Shown: positions 39,770-50,324, counted from the first letter of the stretch. The stretch is DNA of 64,000 nucleotides from Candidatus Latescibacterota bacterium (GCA_965198115.1 OZ240241.1:3200001-3264000); one strand, 5' to 3'. The notes: generated by a model not told the origin, from the letters alone. Translations and numbers: made by a program.

Positions 39770-40201
39770 ATGGTCACTCCCAAGGTGCTCTTCCTCTGCA
39801 CCGGTAATTCCTGTCGCAGCCAAATGGCCGAAGGCTGGGCACGCCTGAAGGCCGACCGTCTCGACGTCTGGTCCGCCGGCATCGAGACCCACGGCCTCAA
39901 CCCAAACGCCGTTCACGTGATGAAGGAAGCCGGCGTCGACATCGCCGGCCATCGCTCCAAACACGTCGACGAACTCTCCGACATTGCTTTCGACTACGTC
40001 GTCACAGTCTGCGATCACGCAGCCGAACACTGTCCCGTCTTCACCGGAAGCGCCAAAGTCATCCACCAGCCGTTCGACGACCCTCCCCGTCTCGCGAAGG
40101 ATGCTCCCACGAGAGAGGATGCGCTCGCTCACTACCGGCGCGTCCGGGACGAGATCAAAACCTTCGTCGACACCCTGCCCGAATTTCTGGCAGACGATTA
40201 G
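39770..40201 (+). CDS. arsC: Arsenate reductase ArsC (LMW-PTP fold)
   Basis: [33 protein letters not shown]. Confidence 0.9.
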   Translation: MVTPKVLFLCTGNSCRSQMAEGWARLKADRLDVWSAGIETHGLNPNAVHVMKEAGVDIAGHRSKHVDELSDIAFDYVVTVCDHAAEHCPVFTGSAKVIHQPFDDPPRLAKDAPTREDALAHYRRVRDEIKTFVDTLPEFLADD

Positions 40202-40292
40202 CGGAACCGCCTTGCCCGATCGTCAGCGTCAGCCTATTTTCGTGCGCCCCTGCCCGTTTTTCAATGTTCTATCTTCAATTCCCTAATCTTCA

Positions 40293-40772
40293 ATGATCAG
40301 ACGCTACGAACCGCAAGACCTCGACCGTATCAAGGAGATCACTGTCATCTGTTTCGAGGGTGTTTCGATTGACCACAACATCGAAAAAACCTTCGGCCAG
40401 TTCTCGGAAACCGACTGGAAGGTGCGCAAAGCCGCCCATATGGACGATGACGTCGCGGCCAACGCCGAAGGCATCTTCGTTTACGAAGAGGAAGACATCG
40501 TCATCGGCTACATCACGACCCGAATCTTCCGCGAGGCATTGATCGGCCAGATTCTGAACCTCTCCGTGATCCCGGGACACCAGGGCAAGGGCATCGGCAA
40601 AGCCCTGATGAAGGCCGCCCTCGACTATTTCGAAGACGAGGGAATGAAAGTCGCCAAGATCGAAACCCTCGATCAGAACGACGTCGGCCAGAGCTTCTAT
40701 CCCAACGCCGGCTTCAAGGAAGTCGCCCGCCAGATCCACTACGCAATGCCTCTTTCGGACAGGAAGATCTGA
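40293..40772 (+). CDS. GNAT N-acetyltransferase
   Basis: LSVIPGHQGKGIG motif A; FYPNAGF. Confidence 0.9.
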   Translation: MIRRYEPQDLDRIKEITVICFEGVSIDHNIEKTFGQFSETDWKVRKAAHMDDDVAANAEGIFVYEEEDIVIGYITTRIFREALIGQILNLSVIPGHQGKGIGKALMKAALDYFEDEGMKVAKIETLDQNDVGQSFYPNAGFKEVARQIHYAMPLSDRKI

Positions 40773-40804
40773 GGCGCGGGATCCGGGAACCGTCATCCGG
40801 CAAG

Positions 40805-40844
40805 AAAAAAGGCGCCCCACTCGATCTTCCGAGCAGGGCGCCTT
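40805..40844. terminator. Terminator between convergent GNAT and PhyH genes
   Basis: AAAAAAGGCGCCC...GGGCGCCTT. Confidence 0.65.
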
Positions 40845-40945
40845 CTGTCTTCTGCAAATTTTGTGGGCTCTAACATCGGGCGAAGCCCGTCGTAACCGTC
40901 CACCGCCGACCGTCCACAGGGGCGCGCGGGATCTCACAGCAATCG

Positions 40946-41737
40946 CTACGGTCTCTCCCATACGAGTGGAAAATGCTCCCCGCGCATCAACTCCCCATCC
41001 TCCACCTCCACGAACTGCTTCATCACGTGGTCGCCGCTGGCCACGAACCTCGCCTCGTCCGTCATATAGTGGATGGCAATCGCCCGTCTCGGGCCTTCAC
41101 TTCGGTTTTCGTGTGATGCGTGCCAGGTCAACCCGTGGTGGTAATGCACCTCGCCTTTCCTGACCGGGCGTCTGACGACAGCCAGGTCGTGCCCTTCGAA
41201 AGTGTCAGGCATCGAATCGAACCCATCGAGACCACGAACAAAGCTGATCTGGTTTCCCCACTGGTGTGAGCCAGGAACCATACTCATACACCCGTTCGAC
41301 TCGTCCACGTCGTCCAGCGCGACCCAGGCGCTCACCTCCGTCATCGGTTTGATGATCCGCCACAGCGGCGCATCCTGATGCCACATGTTCACCCCACCCA
41401 GACGGGCCGGTTTGTACTGAATCTGATCGTGCCAGATTCGGAGCGCACTCGCGCCCGTCAGCTGGCCGATCTCCTCTGTGATCTTCTCGCTGCTCAGGAG
41501 AGCGCGATACGGTTCGCTCACTTCCCAGATGTTCACCACCTGCCAGACCGGTTCCTCCGGCTTCCGCCGGTTCAGATTCCGAAGTTCCACCGGCTGGGTT
41601 ACGTCGTCCCGGTCCCGACTCTCGATCACGCGCTTGAGCTCCTTGCGGAGGATGTTGACCTCCTCGACATCCAGCGCCTGCCCCCCGTTCAGGTATCCAT
41701 CGCGGTGGAATGCCTCGACCTGTTCGTCACTCAACAT
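40946..41737 (-). CDS. PhyH-family dioxygenase
   Basis: WHQD, NGCMSMVPGSH, WHASHEN. Confidence 0.9.
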   Translation of the reverse strand: MLSDEQVEAFHRDGYLNGGQALDVEEVNILRKELKRVIESRDRDDVTQPVELRNLNRRKPEEPVWQVVNIWEVSEPYRALLSSEKITEEIGQLTGASALRIWHDQIQYKPARLGGVNMWHQDAPLWRIIKPMTEVSAWVALDDVDESNGCMSMVPGSHQWGNQISFVRGLDGFDSMPDTFEGHDLAVVRRPVRKGEVHYHHGLTWHASHENRSEGPRRAIAIHYMTDEARFVASGDHVMKQFVEVEDGELMRGEHFPLVWERP

Positions 41738-42007
41738 ACGATCTCCCGATCCCCATTGTCTGCGTCCTTCGTCCGGAGCTCGTCGAAGAGCCCCAGGGCC
41801 TCAGCAAGGTTCGCGTCATTTTCACCAAAGCCTCGCCCTTGCGCACCGCACTCTGCGTCGGAGCTTTCTTCGCCGTTGCAGATCCGTTACGCTTCTCTAC
41901 CAAAGGTAAAGCCCCGCGGTCACTTGAAGCAACCCCGGGGCTCCCGGCTTATTCTGTTCGTCTCTCAGGTGTTTCCGGCCCGGACAACGGATCGCGGTTC
42001 ACGCACC

Positions 42008-42340
42008 TCACTTCACCATCGAATCGATCTCCTGATGCACGCGAATGTCGCGGACCACGTCCACGAGCGTCTTGAAGGCGTGGGCGCCACCGTCGACGAT
42101 CAGCCTGCGCAGTGCGCCCAACTCCACGTCATCGTAGGTTCCGTGCAGCGCGATATCATCGAGGTAGGCCCGCTTGGCCTCCTCCGGCAATCGTGACAGA
42201 GCGTCGAGCAGTGCGAAAAAGCGATAGCACTTCTCGTCTTCCAAACAGCGTTTTGCGGCAGACAGGAGCTTGTGCTTCGATTTCAGCTCCGTCCCGAACC
42301 GCGAGGGCAGGGTCGTTAATGGGTGGCGGGGCAGGTTCAT
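42008..42340 (-). CDS. Hypothetical protein
   Basis: 110-aa ORF with AGGAGG RBS. Confidence 0.65.
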   Translation of the reverse strand: MNLPRHPLTTLPSRFGTELKSKHKLLSAAKRCLEDEKCYRFFALLDALSRLPEEAKRAYLDDIALHGTYDDVELGALRRLIVDGGAHAFKTLVDVVRDIRVHQEIDSMVK

Positions 42341-42553
42341 CTCATCCTCCTAAGGTTCACGGACTGACCACCAAAGGTTGAGCAATCCGCAGACCAGATC
42401 GAGATGCCTGCATCAAATTCCTATAAATCAGTCATTTACGTCAATCGTCCGGCTGTTCCCACCCGGCGCTCCAAGAAGATTCTTCCAGTGACAGCCCGGC
42501 AAAAGGAAACGCGCGCCGATTGCCCTTCTCACTTCTTCCTGCTCCCTTTTCCC

Positions 42554-42742
42554 TCAGTATGACATTGATTCCCGTCGCCCGAACAGAAGCCGATACCCGA
42601 AGTAAGCGAGCGCCACGACGACTGCCGCTTTGGCCGCGAACCACAGCAGCCCGACAACGGTCCCGATCAACATCATCAACACGCTGAATCCGACCACGAC
42701 GGCGGCGACCATCAGAAGCGCGCCGAAGAATTTGGCGATCAT
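42554..42742 (-). CDS. Small 2-TM membrane protein downstream of pspA
   Basis: Hydrophobic 62 aa; GGAGGA RBS. Confidence 0.7.
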   Translation of the reverse strand: MIAKFFGALLMVAAVVVGFSVLMMLIGTVVGLLWFAAKAAVVVALAYFGYRLLFGRRESMSY

Positions 42743-42751
42743 CGTATCCTC

Positions 42752-43414
42752 CTACCCCTGCTTCGTCTTTTCGCGCAGGGCTGTCAGTTCCTCTTCCACA
42801 CGACGCTGGCGGGCCAGTCGCTCATAGTCGTCCCGGGGCGCAGCGTCCACGATTTCCTCATAGACTTCGGCAGCGATCTCTTTGCGCTCGACATCATCGA
42901 CCAACCGGTCGTAAGCACGAAACGGCTCGGTGTCGATCGTTCTTGGCCCGCTCTCGTCCGATCGGCTTCGTGACACGCGGGCACGACGGGCCACCAATGC
43001 GGGCCCCCGGGCCTTCGCCTCCTTGAGTTTCTCTCGAAGCGACGTCAATCGTTTCTTGAGATCCTCGGCAACCGACCCGGCCTCTTCGACGGCCTGCGCC
43101 TGACGCTCGATCGTCTGATCAGCCGCGAACTTCGCGTCGAGAAGAGCCCTGGCCTCATCGTCCTGGCCGGCTCGCACCGCTGCCTCCGCCTTTCGCTCCA
43201 GATCGGACGACAGGTCACGAACGCTCGCCAGGCGACGCTCCATCAATCGGTGGTTCGCGACCGCCCTGCTCGTTTCGGCAACAGCCGAATCGAGAGCCCG
43301 TTCCATATCGATCACCATCTGACTCAGAACCTTGGATGGGTCTTCAAATCGACTCAAGACCTCCTCGACTTCGGCACGGACGATGCGGCTCATTCTGCTG
43401 ATCGCTCCAGACAT
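42752..43414 (-). CDS. pspA: PspA/IM30 family protein
   Basis: MSGAISRMSRIVRA...EDPSKVL...coiled coil...VEEELTALREK; AAGGAG RBS. Confidence 0.85.
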   Translation of the reverse strand: MSGAISRMSRIVRAEVEEVLSRFEDPSKVLSQMVIDMERALDSAVAETSRAVANHRLMERRLASVRDLSSDLERKAEAAVRAGQDDEARALLDAKFAADQTIERQAQAVEEAGSVAEDLKKRLTSLREKLKEAKARGPALVARRARVSRSRSDESGPRTIDTEPFRAYDRLVDDVERKEIAAEVYEEIVDAAPRDDYERLARQRRVEEELTALREKTKQG

Positions 43415-43458
43415 TGGGTGCTCCTTTGAGAGTGGGCTCAGCGTTCCCCCGGTCCCTC

Positions 43459-43474
43459 TGCACCCCACGTGCCA
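43459..43474 (-). promoter_or_regulatory. Sigma-54 promoter of pspA
   Basis: TGGCACGTGGGGTGCA (GG-N10-GC), with an AT-rich tract at about 43490-43545 upstream. Confidence 0.7.
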
Positions 43475-43602
43475 CACCCGAACCAGACTATACAAAACGC
43501 CATAACTAGCTTTTTAATATGGTAATTACATAATTTACCTAATTTCCTGATCCGCCCGCAAAGCGGGCGGTAATCGCCAGGCGGGTGGCGTGATCCACCA
43601 AT

Positions 43603-43636
43603 AAAAAAGCCGACACGTCGAAGAAACGCGTCGGCT
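43603..43636 (-). terminator. Intrinsic terminator of the coxD-coxE-xdhC operon
   Basis: AGCCGAC...GTCGGCT stem followed by T6 on the minus strand. Confidence 0.7.
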
Positions 43637-43663
43637 CCAGCCCCACTGACTTCGTTGCCGCAA

Positions 43664-44764
43664 TCAGGTCACGGCTGACATCGATGCCACTTGATGGGCC
43701 GGTTTTCCCGCGGCTCGTCGCACGCGAATCAATTCACCGACCACACTCACGGCGATCTCCTCCGGATTGTCGGACCCGATGTCCAGCCCGATCGGTGCGT
43801 GCACTCCGTCGAGGCGCTCCCGAGGAATTCCCTTCGCTTCCAGCTCTTTCCACATCAGCGCGATCTTTCGTCGACTCCCCAGCATTCCCACGTAAGCCGC
43901 ATTGGTCTTGACCGCTTGCTCGACGATCGGTTTGTCGAACTGATGGCCCCGCGTCACGGCGCAGATATAGGCCAGATCGTCGATCGCGAGATGCTCGAAC
44001 GCCGTCTCCAAATCCAGAACGAGCGTCTCGTCCGCCATCGGGAATCGCTCTTTGTTCGCGAACATCGGCCGATCGTCCACGACCACGATGCGGAAGCCGA
44101 CGGTGGCGGCGATTCTGGCGATCGCGAACGAAACGTGTCCGCCCCCGAACAGATACAGCGTCGGCTCGGGGCAGATCGACTCAAGAAACACCTTCCGTGG
44201 AACGCCGGCCGGATCCTCGACATCGATCACTTTCAACAGATCTTCCGGAACCGTCTCCATCTCGGTGACCTCGTTCCGAACGATCTCGTCCAGCGCGTCC
44301 TCACCCAGCGACCCAGCGCACTTCCCATCCTCGCGGACCAACAGCTTCAGCGCACCGGCGTCCGATCCCTGTGACACCAGAGTGGCCAGGACGGCGGATG
44401 CGCGCTCTGCCCGAACAGCCGAAACCTCCCGGAAAATGGCCTCCGATGTCCCACTGACGACCGGCTCCGTGAAAACTTCGACGTTGCCCCCACAGTTCAG
44501 CCCGTTTTCGCCTGCGTGCTGCTCGGTGAGAATGAAGTTCTGCAACGAAGAACGCCCGCTGTCCATCACCTCTCGTGCTTCGGACCATACGTCCGCTTCC
44601 AGACAGCCACCACCGACCGTACCGATGATCGTACCGTCTCCCTGCACGAGCATCTTTGCCTTCTTGCTCATCGGAAGGCTGCCCTTGCTCGAGACAATCG
44701 TCGACATCGCCGCGGGTTCCCCCGACGCCATCAATCGCAGTGCTTCTTCGAACACGTCCTTCAT
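43664..44764 (-). CDS. xdhC: XdhC/CoxF molybdo-hydroxylase accessory factor
   Basis: GTVGGGCLE, CGG, FGGGHVS, VTRGH, APIGLDIGSDNPEEIAVS. Confidence 0.9.
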   Translation of the reverse strand: MKDVFEEALRLMASGEPAAMSTIVSSKGSLPMSKKAKMLVQGDGTIIGTVGGGCLEADVWSEAREVMDSGRSSLQNFILTEQHAGENGLNCGGNVEVFTEPVVSGTSEAIFREVSAVRAERASAVLATLVSQGSDAGALKLLVREDGKCAGSLGEDALDEIVRNEVTEMETVPEDLLKVIDVEDPAGVPRKVFLESICPEPTLYLFGGGHVSFAIARIAATVGFRIVVVDDRPMFANKERFPMADETLVLDLETAFEHLAIDDLAYICAVTRGHQFDKPIVEQAVKTNAAYVGMLGSRRKIALMWKELEAKGIPRERLDGVHAPIGLDIGSDNPEEIAVSVVGELIRVRRAAGKPAHQVASMSAVT

Positions 44765-44816
44765 AGCATCACATCCTTGCCTCGCCCGCTCTCCTCGAAG
44801 CGCCGGGCGGGACAGG

Positions 44817-45983
44817 CTACCGCCAAACGGAGCGCAACGTCTTGGCCAGTTCGATCAGACTCTCCAGGTTGTGTGCGGGCATAAAGTAGTTCAGATACGG
44901 CAACGCCGTCTTCATCCCCAGACAAAGCGGCTGGTAACCCGGACTTCCCAGAAGGGGATTCAGCCACATCAGCTTGTGGACGCGTCGACGGAGCCGCTCC
45001 ATCTCCTGCCGCATCAGCCCCGTATCGCCGCGGTCCCATCCGTCGCTCACGATGATCATCACCGTCTTCGACCGCAGCATATCCCGCGCGAAAAAGTCGT
45101 TGAACTCGCGAATGCAGCTGCCGATGTCGGTGCCGCCCGCCCAGTCGTGGACCTGATCCGCAACTTCCCGCAGCGACTCTTCCACGCCCTTGGTCTTCAG
45201 CAGACGCGAGATCACCGTCATCCGAGTTGAGAAGACGCCTACCTCGACATCCGGGATCTCACGCTTGATGGCATAGATAAATTGTATCAAAAATCGGCTG
45301 TAACAGTCCATCGAACCGCTGACGTCGCACAGCACCATCAGCTTCGTTTTCTTGATACGCTTGCGGCGACGCTCCAGTTCCACGCCGTCACGACCCATCA
45401 ACGCGTTCCGCCGCCACGTGCGACGGAAGTCGATCTCCCGCCCGGAGTTGTCGGGAAACCGCCTCCGACTCCGTCGGTTCGCGATGATGTTCACGATCTC
45501 GGCGATCACGCGACGCGCCTGCTCGATCTCCTTGTCGGACATCGCGGCCAGGTCCTTCTGCATCAGGACCTCGTCGGGGCTCCACCCGGGATCCTCGGTC
45601 TCCCCCTCGCCCTCCTCCGCCTCTTCTTCCTCGGTCGTGTCAGTCGTCTCCGCCATCTCCTCGAGCGCTTCCGTCAGGTCGTTCTCGTCCATCTCCTGAG
45701 GAACCTCGACTTCGACCATTTGAGACGTGACGTTCCAGAATGCGTCGAAGACCTGATCGAACATCTCGATGTCGTCGAACCGCGACACGAGCGTCGCTCT
45801 TGCGGCCGCATAGAAATCGTGCCGATTCGACATCTCGATATGGCCGACGCTGTGGCAAAGATCGATCAGATTTCCCGAATTGACCTCCACACCCGCACTG
45901 TGGAGTGACCGTGTGAAAGCCACAACCCGCCCGAGCATCGTCGATTGATCGATCTGTAAAGACAATATCCCGTCCTTCGTCAC
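44817..45983 (-). CDS. coxE: CoxE-like VWA-domain protein
   Basis: CDVSGSM MIDAS motif, WAGGTDIG, SDGWDRGD, WLNPL. Confidence 0.85.
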   Translation of the reverse strand: MTKDGILSLQIDQSTMLGRVVAFTRSLHSAGVEVNSGNLIDLCHSVGHIEMSNRHDFYAAARATLVSRFDDIEMFDQVFDAFWNVTSQMVEVEVPQEMDENDLTEALEEMAETTDTTEEEEAEEGEGETEDPGWSPDEVLMQKDLAAMSDKEIEQARRVIAEIVNIIANRRSRRRFPDNSGREIDFRRTWRRNALMGRDGVELERRRKRIKKTKLMVLCDVSGSMDCYSRFLIQFIYAIKREIPDVEVGVFSTRMTVISRLLKTKGVEESLREVADQVHDWAGGTDIGSCIREFNDFFARDMLRSKTVMIIVSDGWDRGDTGLMRQEMERLRRRVHKLMWLNPLLGSPGYQPLCLGMKTALPYLNYFMPAHNLESLIELAKTLRSVWR

Positions 45984-46058
45984 GTAGGTATCGCGGACGG
46001 CCGTTACAAGGTCACCGCCGACCGCCCACCGTCCACTATCTTCTGTCCTCTGGTTTTC

Positions 46059-46982
46059 TCAAGCGGTCCGCGCCTGCTTCGTCACACGCTGACGCAACAT
46101 ATGGGCCTTCTCGATGATCTGGGCGAGACCGTCCTCTTGGACCTTCTCGATATCTTCCTTGTACTTCAGAATGCAGCCCAAGGTCGCGTCGACGGAACTC
46201 ACCTCCAGATCCTTCGTCTGCATCGACATCAGCGCCAGCGCCCAATCGATCGTTTCGGCGACACCCGGCTTTTTGTAAAAGTCCCGCGTGCGCATCAGTT
46301 GCATAAAACCGCAGATTTGGGCCGACAGCTCGGCCTGAATGTCCGGCACGCGCGACTCGATGATATCCATCTCCTTCTCGAACGTCGGATAATCGATCCA
46401 CAGGTAGAGGCAGCGCCGCTTGAGCGCATCGTGCAGTTCACGTGTTCGGTTGGACGTGAGAACCACGAAGGGTACCTGATGGGCGGAAACTGTTCCGATT
46501 TCGGGAATCGTAATCTGGAAGTCCGACAGCACTTCGAGCAGGAACGCCTCGAACTCTTCATCCGATCGATCGACCTCGTCGATCAACAAGACCGGCGTTG
46601 TTTCACCCTCATACTGAATCGCCTTGAGCAACGGACGCTCGAGCAGGAATTCGGGGCCGAAGATGTTTCGCCCGATCTCCTCCTTGTTCAGACCCCGGGC
46701 CTCTTCCAGCCTGAGTTCCAGCATCTGCCGAGGGTAATTCCATTCGTAGAGCGCCGTGTTCGCGTCGAGTCCCTCGTAGCACTGCAGCCGGATCAGTTCG
46801 GTACCCAGGATGCCGGCCATCACTTTGGCCACCTCCGTCTTACCGACACCCGGTTCACCCTCCAGGAAAATGGGCTTCCCCAACGCGACAGCGAGGTAGA
46901 TGGTCGTGGCCAGTGTCCGATCGGCGATATAGCCCTCCCCGCCGAATTTTACCTCCACATCTTCGATCGATTCGAACGTCAT
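46059..46982 (-). CDS. coxD: CoxD-like MoxR AAA+ ATPase
   Basis: GEPGVGKT, RLQCYEGLD, LLIDEVD, TSNRTRELHDALKRRC. Confidence 0.85.
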   Translation of the reverse strand: MTFESIEDVEVKFGGEGYIADRTLATTIYLAVALGKPIFLEGEPGVGKTEVAKVMAGILGTELIRLQCYEGLDANTALYEWNYPRQMLELRLEEARGLNKEEIGRNIFGPEFLLERPLLKAIQYEGETTPVLLIDEVDRSDEEFEAFLLEVLSDFQITIPEIGTVSAHQVPFVVLTSNRTRELHDALKRRCLYLWIDYPTFEKEMDIIESRVPDIQAELSAQICGFMQLMRTRDFYKKPGVAETIDWALALMSMQTKDLEVSSVDATLGCILKYKEDIEKVQEDGLAQIIEKAHMLRQRVTKQARTA

Positions 46983-47013
46983 CCGAAATGAGTCCTTTCG
47001 CCTCTCCGACCGG

Positions 47014-47544
47014 TTACGGGCATCGCCCGGTTTTCTCGATCCACGCTTCGAGTGCCTCGCGAGTCGAGGGAAAAGCCAGTTCGTCCCAGGGGATCTCCTC
47101 GACCGGAAAGGCTTTCACATCCAAAGTTTCAGCATTCCCTCTTAGTTCGCCGTCAACGACACGGCCGTCGTAGACGATCAATACCACACGCTCACCACGG
47201 TAGGAGTAGACCCCTACGAGGTCAAGCACTTCAACCTTGAGACCGACCTCCTCCTCGGCTTCCCGAGCGGCTGCGACGGTCGTGGGCTCCCCCGCATCGG
47301 TGTAGCCCCCGGGGAACACCCACTTTCCATAGCCGGGTTCGATCGCACGTTTGAGCAGGACGACCCCATCCTCCCACGTCACGATCACGCCCGAGGCAAC
47401 TTTGGGGTCGACATAAAGAACCCACGCGCATCCCCTACACTGCTGGCGTGGGTGACCTTCGATTTCGGTCCACGCCAGCGGGGAGCCGCACCGCTCGCAA
47501 AACCAGGCGCGGTGGACCGGTTTGTGGGGGGGTTCTGATGCCAA
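47014..47544 (-). CDS. NUDIX hydrolase with N-terminal zinc ribbon
   Basis: CERCG...CRGC; Nudix box GGYTDAGE...AAAREAEEEVG; start uncertain. Confidence 0.85.
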   Translation of the reverse strand: MASEPPHKPVHRAWFCERCGSPLAWTEIEGHPRQQCRGCAWVLYVDPKVASGVIVTWEDGVVLLKRAIEPGYGKWVFPGGYTDAGEPTTVAAAREAEEEVGLKVEVLDLVGVYSYRGERVVLIVYDGRVVDGELRGNAETLDVKAFPVEEIPWDELAFPSTREALEAWIEKTGRCP

Positions 47545-47688
47545 GGGTCCGTCACAATATACCACAGGCCACTTGCCCGGCAAACCGGGAGACGCGGTAA
47601 CCGGGGCCACTTGTCGACGCAAAGAAATCAGGCAGGCACTCAGCGTGTGCCTGCCTGGCCGTGTCGTCATCGCCAACGGATACGCTCG

Positions 47689-49124
47689 CTACGGTTCAGC
47701 CGGCTGTTCTGTCGTCGTCCACCCCGCTGTCCAGTCATCCTCGTCGTTCATTGCACCAAGGAAGGTCACAGGGTCGAAGAATCCATCGTCCGGGGGCGTC
47801 GCGGCCCCGCTCAGCGCCGGCGAGCCCGACGACACCCGGAAATCGGGCACGGTCAAGTTGAAAGCATCCACGATCATCGGATCCGCCCCGAATTGGTTGC
47901 TCCCGTCTCCGATCGACCAGATTTCCTCGCTGAAGCCATCGTCGTCCGTGGCGAAGTTTCCCGCTGCGTTGAACAGAATCGTGTTCGCCAACGTGAGGGC
48001 ACCCCCGTCGGCTTGCGCGAACGTCGGCGCATTGTCTACGTCCACGCCCCCATTGTCGAAACCCGTCACGACGAAGTTCCTGAGTGTGGCAGCCGTGCCG
48101 CCTCGGAGCAGAACGCCGATGTCACCCTCGGGGCCGCTCGGATCCCCGATCAACGTCACGTTGTAGATCGTCGGGTTCGAACGGGGCGTGGCGTCGTTGT
48201 TGTTCGCGTCGTTGTCCGCCTCGATTCCGTTATCAGCATCATCGCCTCGCTGTTGCGCGATCCAGAACTGGCCCTTGCCAACCCATCCGTCCGTCCAGTC
48301 GAAGCTGTCGTCCCGAACACCGGTGCACAGCAGATGCTTTGCGTTCACCGTTCCACCGAAGAACTCGATTCCGTCGTCCTGGTTGAAGTGAACCTGTACG
48401 TAATCCACCAGTGTACCGGACCCCACTCCCTGGAAAGCGATGCCGTTCAGCTTGCTATCCAGGGCAAACTCGAAGCCCGCAAACTCGACGCGAAGGTAGC
48501 GCAAGATGCCGCTGTCATCCTCGGGGTCCGACCCGCCGTAGTGTCCCGTGTCCCCCTCACCCATCGCTGTCTCTCCGGTGTTGATCGGGGCGCGACCGTT
48601 CAGGACCAGACCGCCCCATTGTCCCCGCGCACGACTTCCTTCGGCTGCTTCGCTCGTCATCACGATCGGCGCTCCAGGCAGACCATCCGCGATCAGCTGG
48701 CCGTCCTGAGATACGACGAGTGTGCCCGTCGTTGCCGTCTCCCCATAGATCACGACGCCCGGAAGAACGATCAGCCTCGCTCCAGCCTCGACGAACACGG
48801 CCCCACGCAGCAGATACTCGCGATCGGACGTCAGCACTCTGTCTTCGGAAATCGCGCCCTCCAGAACCTCCAGTCGCCCACCGGCAGAACGTCTTCGTTG
48901 AACTGCCCCGTAAATTCGATGAAATCGCCGAACTGGACGATCCCGTCCCAGTCGATGTCGTAGGTCGGATGCGACCCTTCGAACTGACCGGCGAACAGGA
49001 TGAAATCCTCGAAGCTGATCGTGCCATCCGCATCGAAGTCGACCCGTGCAGGTTCGATCTGGGCGGAGGACGTCGCGACCAGGACGTAGAACGTTAAAAT
49101 CGTGGCGAAGAAGGTCCTTCTCAC
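47689..49124 (-). CDS. Secreted protein: N-terminal EF-hand/dockerin-like pair + beta-helix-like domain; one apparent frameshift
   Basis: DFDADGTISFEDF/DIDWDGIVQFGDF, frame change near 48872, then GQWGGLVLNG, DDSGILRYLRVEFAG, DDGIEFFGG, DDSFDW. Confidence 0.75.
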
Positions 49125-49367
49125 AATACGTATTCCTTCCACAGTGGATGGTTCCAGTCGTCTTTCGTGACCGCCGTCTCCAGTCGACATGGAGGTCGCG
49201 TTTCAGCCAGAATCTAAGACAAAATCGGATCGCTCTGTCCAGAAAGGGGGCGAAATCCTTACCAGCTGGTTTCCGAATCTTGTCCGGCCAGCCCCGATGG
49301 ACCTATAGTCAAAAACGCTGTGGGCAAGGTCAGGCGAAACGTCAACTCGATACGATAGGCGCATACT

Positions 49368-50324
49368 GTGAACGCGAGATCCGTTCTACCGAATCTGATT
49401 TTGTCAGCCTGTATGTCGTGCGGTGTTGCAGAGGGGGCCGACACGAAATTCAAGGGCTATGTGTTCGGCGACTACTATTACGTGGCGAGCGGGGCGCAGA
49501 AGGAGCAAAACGGGTTTCAGCTTCGCCGGGTCTACTTCACCACCGACATCAAGTGGAACAAACGCCTCAGCGGTAGATTTCGCCTCGAAGCATCCGACGC
49601 TGGATTCGGATCGAACGAAAAAATGACGCCTGTCGTCAAGGACGCCTGGTTGCGATACCGGCGGTCGGGCCAAACCATCGTGATGGGTTTGGCGCCGACA
49701 CCGACGTGGGATGTCTCCGAGAGCGTCTGGGGGTATCGAGCTGTCGAGAAGCTGCTGATGGACCTGAACAAGCTGGGGGCATCGAGGGACACCGGTGTTC
49801 GATTCACGATGCCCCTGAGCGAAAGGGCGACCCTCGATCTGATGTTCGGTAACGGCAACAGCAACAAGGCAGAAGGCGACAACGGCAAGAAGGCCTACGG
49901 TCGCCTCCACGTGAAGGCGACCAAGCAAGCGGGCGCTCTCCTCTACGCCGACTGGGAGAGTCGACCGGGCGATCAGGACCGTACCACCCTCGAAGGATTT
50001 CTCTATCGCTCCACCAAAAGGACTGCCGTAGGTGTCGAGGCCGTCTATCAGCGAAGGAAGGGCCCCACGGACGTGAACGTCATCGGTCTCTCCGTCCTGG
50101 GCAGGATGAAGACAAAGTCGGATTGGGGCGTCTACGGAAGGGTCGACTTCTTCGATCCGAACGACAACCGGGACGACGATCGCACCTTCTTCTTCATCGG
50201 CGGCGTCGACATCGAACCCACAGAAAGCGTGCACATCCTGCCCCACATTCTGGTCAAGTCGTTCGAGGACTCGACAGTCGACGCGGACGTGACTCCGAGG
50301 ATCACGCTCTACTACATCTTCTAA
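49368..50324 (+). CDS. Outer-membrane porin-like beta-barrel
   Basis: Signal peptide, GFQLRRVYFT, VKDAWL, C-terminal YYIF. Confidence 0.7.
   Translation: MNARSVLPNLILSACMSCGVAEGADTKFKGYVFGDYYYVASGAQKEQNGFQLRRVYFTTDIKWNKRLSGRFRLEASDAGFGSNEKMTPVVKDAWLRYRRSGQTIVMGLAPTPTWDVSESVWGYRAVEKLLMDLNKLGASRDTGVRFTMPLSERATLDLMFGNGNSNKAEGDNGKKAYGRLHVKATKQAGALLYADWESRPGDQDRTTLEGFLYRSTKRTAVGVEAVYQRRKGPTDVNVIGLSVLGRMKTKSDWGVYGRVDFFDPNDNRDDDRTFFFIGGVDIEPTESVHILPHILVKSFEDSTVDADVTPRITLYYIF

Noticed and set aside
44052-48963. Long plus-strand ORFs (392, 296 and 450 aa)
   Set aside because: Antisense shadows of well-supported minus-strand genes, common in GC-rich DNA
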